From Hemiscyllium ocellatum (Eukaryota): a stretch of DNA of 64,000 nucleotides. Location: assembly GCF_020745735.1 (NCBI RefSeq), contig NC_083437.1, forward strand, positions 24,552,001-24,616,000, given 5' to 3'. Shown here one piece after another: positions 52,005 to 62,094 of the stretch; position 1 is the stretch's first letter, and every line of letters starts with the position of its first letter. The notes beneath the pieces are model-generated. The model was not told the origin of the DNA. It did no database searches and saw only the letters and a list, made by a program, of their open reading frames with translations. Both the position numbers and the translations under genes were made by a program.

Positions 52005-52279
52005 CAAGGGTGGCAGATACATGGGGACATTCATCTTCAAGTTTCCCTCTAAGCCACTCACCATCCTGACTTGGAAATACATCGCTGTTCCTTCACTGTC
52101 GCTGGTTCAAAATCCTGGAATTCTCTCCCTAATGGCATTGTGGGTCAACCCACAGCAGGTGGACTGCAGTGGTTCAAGAAGGCAGCTCATCACCATCTTC
52201 TCAAGGATAACTAGGAACGGGCAATAAATGCTGGGCCAGCCAGTGATGCCCACATCCCGTAAATGAATTTTTAAAAAAA
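52005..52279 (+). mobile_element. Zenon-like LINE 3' tail
   Basis: Well-preserved 3' UTR ending CCCACATCCCGTAAATGAATTTTTAAAAAAA. Confidence 0.8.
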
Positions 52280-53239
52280 TATGAAAAACCGTTCAAATAC
52301 AAGAAAGTATCGAACATAAGTTTGTAATTTACTCTTGGAGGTGACATTGTAACTCTCATTCCCACAGTATTAGTTTGCTGATATCACTTCTCTTCACCAG
52401 CAGTATCAAGAGAAACATTATCTGTTTTACCCATAGGCAAATGGATAGGGATTTGGAATGTGCTGCCTGAAAGGGTGATGAAAACAGATTCAATAATGAA
52501 TTCAGAATGAATTTGGAAAAAAAAAGTATTTTAAAGAGGAAATATTTGTGAGGCTAAGGGAGTGGCACTCATTGATAACTCCTTCAAAGGAGAAGAGCAA
52601 GCATGCTGGGCTGAATAGCCTCAACCTCCTGTTTGATTCTGGAATTTGATTCTATGTTGCTTAATTACCCATAGGAAAATGTTATGTTACAAGCAATTCC
52701 TCCCAAATATATAGCACAGCACTCAATTTGGTAAGCATAGGGTGTTCAGCTCAAGTAATGAAGTTACTCAGACAATATGGCATTGGATCACTTTTTCCTG
52801 CAGCAGAGTTGATGTCACTTGGACAATGTATTCCTTCAGAATCAGCATCCCCAAATGTACCATCACAGTGACATACCTATACCCCAGTAATCCACAATGC
52901 AGTGTGGCGGTTTGAATCAACACACTGTTACAGTGGGCTGTCTGCCAGCTGCAAATCTAATGTTACCATTGGCAAGCTGCCCATTGGCTTGATTCCAGTT
53001 TGAGGGACACCAACAAAATATTGTCATAATTAAAGAACATTTAACAATTACTGAGTGAAATACATCTGGCTCCCCTAATAGATTTGTCTAGTTTACCAGT
53101 TTTTGAGTTATCCGAGTTTTAAAACTAGTTTATACTAGTTTAACATTAGTTATACCAGTTCTTTGCATGTTAGCTTGCGACGTATCAGATCATAGGTTCC
53201 TCATTTACCTCAATTAGTTTTAAATAATTAAATAACCAT

Positions 53240-53503
53240 GAGGAGAAAGATATGAAAGGGACCTAAGGGACAACATTTTCATGCAGAGGGTGGTGTGTGT
53301 GGAATGAGCTGCAAGAGAAAATGGTGGAAACTGGTACAATGATAACATTTTAAAAGGCATTTGGATGGGTATATGAATAGGAAAGATTTAGTGGGATATG
53401 GGCCAAATGTTGGTCAATAGGATTAGATTAATTTAGGAGATCTGGTCAGCATGAATGAGTTGGACTGAAGGGTCTGTTTCGGTGCTGTACATCTTGATGA
53501 CTT
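53240..53503 (+). mobile_element. CR1 LINE 3' fragment
   Basis: GAAAGATATGAAAGGGACCTAAGGG...GAAGGGTCTGTTTCGGTGCTGTACATC. Confidence 0.85.
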
Positions 53504-53892
53504 TACAGCTTAATAATTCAATGGAACTCAGTTTCTACATTGCAAATTTTATAAAGTCTTCCCTTTGTATTCTTACTGACTTGAGATTTTATTTCATTCT
53601 GTCTACACCAGGTTTTAGCAATCTGTGTACCTGGACACCCTTTGGTACAATTCTGCATGTGATCAGACGATGGCTTTCTACTGAAAAGAAGGGTTGTAAT
53701 GCTTTGTGAAAATGGTATATATGTTTTAACAAAATGTTTACAGAGCTGGAAGGGAGTACTTATAACTTGTGAAGCAGCAAGTGGGTGCAGTTTATGTGAG
53801 TGTTTCTCAGTTGATGAGGCAGTGTTGTTGAAATGACTTTCCAGTTTAGTGCTAAACTTCTGTAGAATCTGTAAAACCCTTTTGGCCCCTCC

Positions 53893-54215
53893 ATTTTTTT
53901 TTTAATTGACTCGTGGACATCGCTGGTTGGCCAGTATTTATTGCCCATCCCGAGCTGCTATTGAGAAGGGAATGGTGAGCTGCCTTCTGGATTGCTGCAG
54001 TCCACCTACATACAGTGGGTTGAGCCACAATGCCTTTAGGGGAGGGAATTCCAGGATTTTGATCCAGTGCCAATGAAGGCACAGCGATGTATTTCCAAGT
54101 CAGGATGCTGCGTGACTTGGAGGGAAACTTGAAAGTTGTGGCATTCTCATTCCCTTGACCGTCAAGATGGAAGTGGTCGTGTTTTTAGAAGTTGCTGTCT
54201 GAGGGTCGTTGGTGA
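53893..54215 (-). mobile_element. Zenon-like LINE 3' tail
   Basis: Reverse complement of the 52005-52279 sequence. Confidence 0.78.
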
Positions 54216-54957
54216 TTTTAACTATGAAATAATTTCTACAATAATAAGCCTGGATATATGAATTAGACTCAGCTGGAGAATCTGCCTTTCCATCAGGTTT
54301 GCTCTCTAGTTAACACAATAGGATTACTACTGAATGCAGTTTACTCCTGATCTTTATCTTATTATAATGTGACACATCATAGCCCTTGAATAGAGATGGG
54401 TGCAGCCCAAATCAGGTTTTGCAAACTACAATAGACTCTCCAAAGTACCTTTGTAAGGTCATTAATTTCATTACGCTCCTGCCATTAACTGGCTGTCAGT
54501 TTATTGTGTACTAGCATGATATGTGCTGCCTCTCCATGCTTCTCATCCATGTATGTGTAGAAATTGCAGTGGTTGTCTTTTTACTCCAGAACAAATTATC
54601 CATCAAATAATTCCCTTTTATTTCATCACGAATGATCATGTTGCCAAATGGAATGTTCTGTAGATAGAAATGTATCTAACTTGTGAATTTCACCCAGTGC
54701 AGGATTGCTGTCTCTATTATGTACTCTCATTACTAATTCTTTAGCAGGGGGACTAACGGGAAATGTTTGTTCCTCATAAATAATTGGTGCCACAACTTGA
54801 ATTTTCTTTATAATTGGTTGCTGGCATATGAATGATTCTGTTAAGACCAGAATTTACTGTCCATCTTTTTCTGGCCTTGACCAGATAGTGAACAGCCTGC
54901 TGTCAGCAATGTGCAGTATAGGGTCAATCACATTACAGGAGGTCTGGTGGCATGTAT

Positions 54958-55170
54958 AAAGTGGAGTGATCATAGTCTCGGAGGACTGCTCTCTCATTAG
55001 CAAGAGAGAAAAGTGGAGGTGAATTTAACCCGCGGGTCAAGACGCCTCAGGTGAGCAGCGAGATTAAAAAAGTGGCACCTTCGTGGGTGACCTCAGGGAG
55101 TGTGGGAATTGAACCCACACTGTTGGTGTCACTCTGCATTGAAAAGCAAACGTCCAGCCAACTGAGCCCG
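54958..55170 (-). mobile_element. Same Meta-SINE-like family
   Basis: Reverse core TTTAACCCGCGGGTCA..ACGCCTCAGG and GGGAATTGAACCCAC. Confidence 0.6.
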
Positions 55171-56550
55171 TGTCACAGGCCAGATAGGGTAAAGACTGCA
55201 GATTGTCTCCTCTGAAAGGCGTCAATGAATCAGAGAGGCTTTTATAACCTGTCAGAAGTTTGTTATCATATGAATGAAACAAGCTCTTCAATTAATTAAT
55301 TAACAGAATTAACATTCTGCCAGCAGCTGAAGTGGGATATGAAGCCGTGCATCAGGACCTTTGTGTCCAGTATGCTTTATTCGTCCAGTTACCATCCCTT
55401 TCTCCCAGCTCCCTGTTGACTCTCTCAATGATATGGAATGAAGGCACTCAATCAGTGTAATCCGTTTGATCCAGGAGGCACAGGATTTCTCAGTTATTTC
55501 TCCAAAGGAGCATCAAGGCCTTGGGCCACGTTGCAGTGAGAGAGGAACAGAAATGCTGACACGAGGCCAGAGTGCTGCTTATTGTAAATTGCACTGCTCA
55601 GTATTAGCCCAATCTGTCTGTCAATTCACAGGGGTTTCACACAAGTTGTCCTTGAGATGTGGCTGATGCCTTTGGTTGTGATGCTAGGAACTTCTATTGG
55701 ATGTGAAAAAAAAATATGTGTGAAGATCAGAATGGTATGAAATCTGGAGATGGCTTGTTCTGAAGGTCTCTCGTCCTCAGTGGCAGTGGTGTGACATTGG
55801 GAACTTGTTATAGGGCAGTCAGTCAATCATACAAACTACAGCCAGTAGCTGAGGGTGGAGGGGATGGATGTAGAGTCAAATGGCAGTGATGACAATGAAA
55901 CAGGTTGGTTTGCTCTGAGTGAAGTCAAGCTTGATAGCTGGGGCCCACTCAACCAAGTAGGTATTCAATGAGAATGCTGTCGATGGTGGGGTCACGAGGT
56001 GAGTCACTTGTCACCGAGTTATGCACATAGGGGAATGTTGTGAGCTACAGAATGCAAGCCATGTACTTGCTCAGCTGACGTTGATAGCTTTAGGAATCTG
56101 CAGTAGCCCAAGGTTCCCCTGTCGGCTCCAGCCTTGAACTGGATACAGCTCTAGGCTGGCAACAGTCAGTCGGACATTCCCCCAAGTCCAAGTTACACAC
56201 TGATTGCAGCCCCTCACCCCGCAGGCTCTCTCCCATGACCTCTTCTTAAATGGCAGGACTTACAGCTCATTAATGTATAACCGAGTACAGATGGGAATGT
56301 TAAACATGCATGTTATGCTAAACTTCATCAGCTGCACTGTGCCATACTCGTTGTTCCTTTCACTAACCTGGCTATCAGCGGAGTTGTTGGTGTTAGTGAA
56401 ATGCCACATCTGTTATTGGCATTTATCTTCCTTTGATTTTTATTTTAAGGAGGTGTTTCCAACAATGCTCAAAGACACTTTGCAAGTAAATTATTTGTTT
56501 TGGTCCAGTTGACTTGCAACCTGTTAAATATATCATTAAAGTGAAAATCT

Positions 56551-59500
56551 TTAGGGGATTTTGTAGTCAGAGGTACAGACAGCTGTTTTTGTGGCCAGCA
56601 GAGAAAAAGCAGAATGGTGTGTTGTTTCCCTGGTGCCAGGATCAAGGATGTCTCGGAGAGGGTGCAGAATGTTCTCACGGGGGACAGGGGCCCGCAGGAG
56701 GTCATTGTCCACGTTGTCACACCAACGACATTGGAAGGGAAAAGGTTGAGATTCTGTAGGGAGATTAGAGAGAGTTAGGCAGAAATTCAAAAAGGAGGTC
56801 CTCAAGGATAGTAATATCTGGATTACTCCCAGTGCTACGAGCTAGTGAGGGCAGAAATAAGAGGACAGAGCAGATGAATGCTTGGCTGAGGAGCTGGTGT
56901 ATGGGAGAAGGATTCAAATTTTTGGAACATTGGAATCCCTTTTGGGGTAGAAGTGACCTATACAAGAAGGATGGGTTGCACCTAAATTGGAAAGGGACTA
57001 ATATACTGGCAGGGAAATTTGGTAGAACTGCTTAGGAGGATTTAAACTAGTAAGGTTGGAGGTGGGGGGGGTGGGGAAGGAGCAAGGCGCGGGTGGGACG
57101 GGACCCAGGGAGATAGTAAGGAAAGAGATCAGTCTGAGATGGGTACAACTGAGAACAGAAGTGAGTCAAACAGTCGGGGCAGGCAGGGACAAGGTAGGAC
57201 TAATAAATTAAACTGCATTTATTTCAATGCAAGGGGCCTAACAGGGAAGGCAGATAAACTCAGGGCATGGTTAGGAACATGGGACTGGGATATCATAGCA
57301 ATTACAGAAACATGGCTCAGGGATGGGCAGGACTGGCAGCTTAATGTTCCAGGATACAAATGTTACAGAAAGTATAGAAAGGGAGGCAAGAGAGGAGGGG
57401 GAGTGGCATTTATAATAAGGGATAGCATTACAGCTGTGCTGAGGGAGGATATTCCTGGAAATACATCAGGGAAGTTATTTGGGTGGAACTGAAAATAAGA
57501 AAGGGGTAATCACATTATTGGGATTGTATTATAGATCCCCCAATAGTCAGAGGGAAATTGAAAAACTTGTAAGGAGATCTCAGCTATCTGTAAGAATAAT
57601 AGGATAGTTATGATAGGGGATTTTAACTTTCCAAACATCGACTGGGTCTGCCATAGTGTTAAAGGTTTCGATGGAGAGGAATTTCTTAAGTGTGTACAAG
57701 ACAAGTTTCTGATTCAGTATGTGGATGTACCTACTAGAGAAGGTGGAAAACTTAACCTACTCTTGGGAAATAAGGCAGGGCAGGTGACTGAGGTGTCGGG
57801 GTGGGGGGGGGGGGACAGTTTGGGGCCAGCTGCCATAATTCTATTCATTTTAAAATAGTGATGGAAAAGGATGGACCAGATCTAAATGTTGAAGTTCTAA
57901 ATTGAAAAAACGCTAATTTTGACGGTATTAGGCAAGAACCTTTGAAAGCTGATTGGAGGCAGATGTTCGCAGGTAAAGGGACAACTGGAAAATGGGAAGC
58001 CTTCAGAAATGAGATAACCAGAATCCAGAGAAAGTATATTCCTGTCAGGGTGAAAAGGAAGGCTGGTAGGTATAGGGAATGCTGGATGAATAAAGAAATT
58101 GTGGGTTTGGTTAAGAAAAAGAAGGAAGCATATGTCAGGTATAGACAGGATAGATCGAGTGAATCCTTAGAAGAGTATAAAGAAAGTATGAGTATACTTA
58201 AGAGGGAAATCAGGAGGGCATGAGATAGCTTTGGCAAATGGAATTAAGGAGAATCCAAAGGGTTTTTACAAATATATTAAGGACAAAAGGGTAACTAGGG
58301 AGAGAATAGGGCCCCTCAAAGATCAGCAAGGTGGCCTTTGTGTGAAGCCACAGGAAATGGGGAGATACTAAATGAATATCTTGCATCGGTATTTACTGTG
58401 GAAAAGGAAATGGAAGATATAGAATGTAGGGAAATAGATGGTGACATCTTGCAAAATGTCCAGATTACAGAGGAGGAAGTGCTGGATGTCTTGAAATGAT
58501 TAAAGGTGGATAAATTCTTCTAGGAGAAAGTGAGGACTGCAGATGCTGGAGATCAGAGCTGAAAAATGTGTTGCTGGAAAAGTGCAGCAGGTCAGGCAGC
58601 ATCCAAAGAGCAGGAGAATCGACGTTTCGGGCATGAGTCCTACTTTCCTGAAGAAAGGCTCATGCCGAAATGTCGATTCCCCTGCTCTTAGGATGCTGCC
58701 TGACTTGCTGCGCTTTTCCAGCAACACATTTTTCAAAGGTGAATAAATCCCCAGGACCTGATCAGGTGTATGCGAAAACTCTGTGGGAAGCTAGAGAAGT
58801 GATTGATGGGCCTCTTGTTGAGATATTTGATACATCGATAGTCACAGGTGAGGTGCCGGAAGACTGGAGGTTGGCAAACGTGGTGCCACTGTTTAAGAAG
58901 GGCGTTAAAGACAAGCCAGGGAACTATAGACCAGTGAGCCTGACCTCGGTGGTGGGAAAGTTGTTGGAAGGAATCCTGAGGGACAGGATGTACTTGTATT
59001 TGGAAAGGCAAGGACTGATTTGGGATAGTCAACATGGCTTTGTGCGTGGGAAATCATGTCTCATAAACTTGATTGAGTTTTTTGAAGAAGTAACAAAGAA
59101 GATTGATGAGGGCAGAGCAGTAGATGTGATTTATGTGGACTTCAGTAAGGCGTTTGACAAGATTCCCTATGGGGGACTGATTAACAAGGTTAGATCTCAT
59201 GGAATACAAGGAGAACTAGCCACTTGGATACAGAATTGGCTCAAAGGTAGAAGACAGAGGGTGGTGGTGGAGGGTTGTTTTTCTGACTGGAGGCCTGTGA
59301 CCAGTGGAGTGCCACAAGGATCGGTGCTGGGCCCTCTACTTTTTGTCATTTACATAAATGATTTGGATGCGAGCATAAGAGGTACAGTTAGTAAGTTTGC
59401 AGATGACACCAAAATTGGAGGTGTAGTGGACAACGAAGAGAGTTACCTCAGATTACAACAGGATCTGGACCAGATGGGCCAATGGGCTGAGAAGTGGCAG

Positions 59501-60314
59501 ATGGAGTTTAATTCAGATAAAAGCGAGGTGCTGCATTTTGGGAAAGCAAATCTTAGCAGGACTTAATGGTAAGGTCCCAGGGAGTGTTGCTGAACAAAGA
59601 GACCTTGGAGTGCAGGTTCATAGCTCCTTGAAAGGGGTGTCGCAGGTAGGTAGGATAGTGAAGAAGGCATTTGGTGTGCTTTCCTTATTTGGTCAGAGTA
59701 TTGAGTACAGGAGTTGGGAGGTCATGTTGCGACTGTACAGGACATTGGTTAGGCCACTGTTAGAAGATTGCGTGCAATTCTGGTTTCCTTCCTATCGGAA
59801 AGATGTTGTGAAACTTGAAAGGGTTCAGAAAAGATTTACAAGGATGTTGCCAGGGTTGGAGGATGTCAGCTACAGGGAGAGGCTGAACAGGCTGAGGCTG
59901 TTTTCCCTGGAGCGTCGGAGGCTGAGGGGTGACCTTATAGAGGTTTACAAAATTATGAGGGGCATGGATAGGATAAATAGACAAAGTCTTTTCCCTGGGG
60001 TTGGGGAGTCCAGAACTAGAGGGCATTGGTTTAGGATGAGAGGGGAAAGATATAAAAGAGACCTAAGGGGCAATTTTTTCACGCAGAGGGTGGTACGTGT
60101 ATGGAATGAGCTGCTAGAGGATGTGGTAGAGGCTGGTACAATTTCAACATTTAAGAGGCATTTGTGTGGGTATATGAATAGGAAGGGTTTGGAGGGATAT
60201 GGGCCGGGTGCTGGCAGGTGGGACTAGATTGGGTTGGGATATTTGGTCGGCATGGACAGTCTGGACCGAAGGGTCTGTTTCCATGCTGTACATCTCTATG
60301 ACTCTATGACTCTA
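56551..60314 (+). mobile_element. CR1 (HER1-like) LINE, about 3.8 kb, 5'-truncated within ORF1, disabled by stops and frameshifts
   Basis: ORF1 SGNH-esterase remnant (GDFVVRG...CFPGARIKDV...DGLHLN), ORF2 APE endonuclease (YFNARGL, AITETWL, IGDFNFP), RT (VDFSKAFD, GVPQGSVLGPLLF, FADD), and 3' tail (CTATGACT)n. Confidence 0.95.
58516..58734. mobile_element. Fold-back mini-PLE (family A) inside CR1 ORF2
   Basis: ~75-bp inverted arms and TSD AAAGGTG(G/A)ATAAAT at 58502-58515 / 58735-58748. Confidence 0.9.
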
Positions 60315-61558
60315 AGTGATCTAATGTAGTAACATTAAGCACCCTTCGTGCTTTGTGGTGCCCCATGGTCAGAACCATTGCAGAATGTAACAGATGTAAC
60401 TAACTGGTAACAGAACAGATATGATAAATGGTTAAAGTACCAGAAATTGTGTAAAGAACAGACATCTGGTTCATGACAGAAAATCGCTGTCAGTGCTTTA
60501 CAGTACATAAATCAGTAAGGTTTTAAGCTTAACCTAAAGCCTTTGCTGAGTTAGTTAAGCTTGTCCAGGGTGGCAATAGGAACATTCCAGCTAGTCTCCG
60601 GCCGGGCTGAAGTAAAGTAGCAAGATAGGGTTCTCAGTCCAGGGCACCATTGAATGACTTCTGCACACAGAGGCGTTGGTGAGAATAGAAAAAGGCAGCT
60701 GTGAATTTCCCCCTTCTCCCCTCCTCCACCCCTTGGGAGAATGGCCTGCCAACATACTCTGCTGAGGACCCACAGTAAGAATGAGGGATTGGACAGTGGC
60801 TAGTGCCTGTGTACCGAATGTGACTCAGTCTTTTCAGGGGTGGAGGGAAGCAGAGGGGAACAGGCAAGATCAAGTTTCCACTAATTGATTATATCTGCTG
60901 TTGTGCTATTAATGTCACAGGCACTAGAGTTGCTGACTAACAGTCTGGAGAGGAAGCGGTAGTGGAATTCATTTATCATCAACTTGGCTCAGATATAATA
61001 TCACATGGTTACTGTACTGCCAAATATTTATTATATATCTGGCAGGATCAGTCTGGTCTTATGTGTTGATGCATGTGTTTCAGTCATTTTCATTCTCACA
61101 ATAAATAATACTTCAAGCCACAATCCTGATGGATATAAGTATTAGTTGTTTGTTTTGTTGTTTTTCCTAATTCACAGCCTTTTTCAGAAGTGTACAAACA
61201 GAATTCTTTGCCTTGAACTCTCCCCTAACTAACGAGGTAACAACATATTTTTTCCATCTGGACAGCATATGAGAGTCTGAGCATTATCCCTTCATGCGCT
61301 GTTCCTGTAGTTGAAATATGACTGTGAAAAACTGACTCCAAATGGATCACCATGTGAATCATGGTTGTCTTGCAGGGGGAGATGAGATGCAAAAGTCTTT
61401 AGGTTACCAGTGCAAGATAAACACATTCCTGAAGCTTCATCGTGTGACATTTGATCAGGATGGTCAAGGAGGAGTGTGAAAAGTCAAACTCTTAAGCTTG
61501 GTGGAGGAAAATGACAGCCATTGCGTAAATAACAGGAAGCTAAATGTTACTAGTATCA

Positions 61559-61716
61559 AAGTTTGTGCGAAGATTTGTAGCTCGGGTGCTTGTTGTAGTG
61601 GTTCTGTTCGCCGAGCTGGAAATGCCGGAAGAAACATCAAAGAAGCGCTTCGCAGGAGGCTCCACAGCACTGATGATGTCTCCTAGCCAGGGGACGAAAC
61701 GTTTGCAACAAAAAAA
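61559..61716. mobile_element. Inverted mini-PLE (family C)
   Basis: Inverted 3' terminus plus a forward hammerhead segment of the 12783-14259 pLTR. Perfect TSD TTACTAGTATCA at 61547-61558 / 61717-61728. Confidence 0.88.
61667..61706 (+). ncRNA. Minimal hammerhead motif, intact core
   Basis: GCA-CUGAUGA-U-GUCUCCU(AGCC)AGGGGAC-GAAA-C-GUU-UGC. Confidence 0.75.
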
Positions 61717-62094
61717 TTACTAGTATCAGTCAGAATTCAGGAATAATGGTATAATTCTGTACCAAGAAATACTTCTCTTGTCCCCCTTGGCCCATACACC
61801 TCAAATATGCATGAGCACCTGCCTCCTGTAGAGGAGACAGGGCATATTTCACCAAGCAAAGCAGGCTGGGATAGGCACTTCTCCATTGGAAGGCAAATAT
61901 ACAATACAGAAGATTAGTTTTTAATCTGAGTTGATACTAAAGGATAGAAATATTTCCATCCAGAGGAAGGAGTTTTTATACACAAACTAAAAGATTCATG
62001 AGAGTGCAGTAACTCAGCAATACATTAATAAGCTTAGTAAAATATTTTGTCTTAGACATTGACATATGTGAGGGTTAGTACTCTGAGCTCCCGC

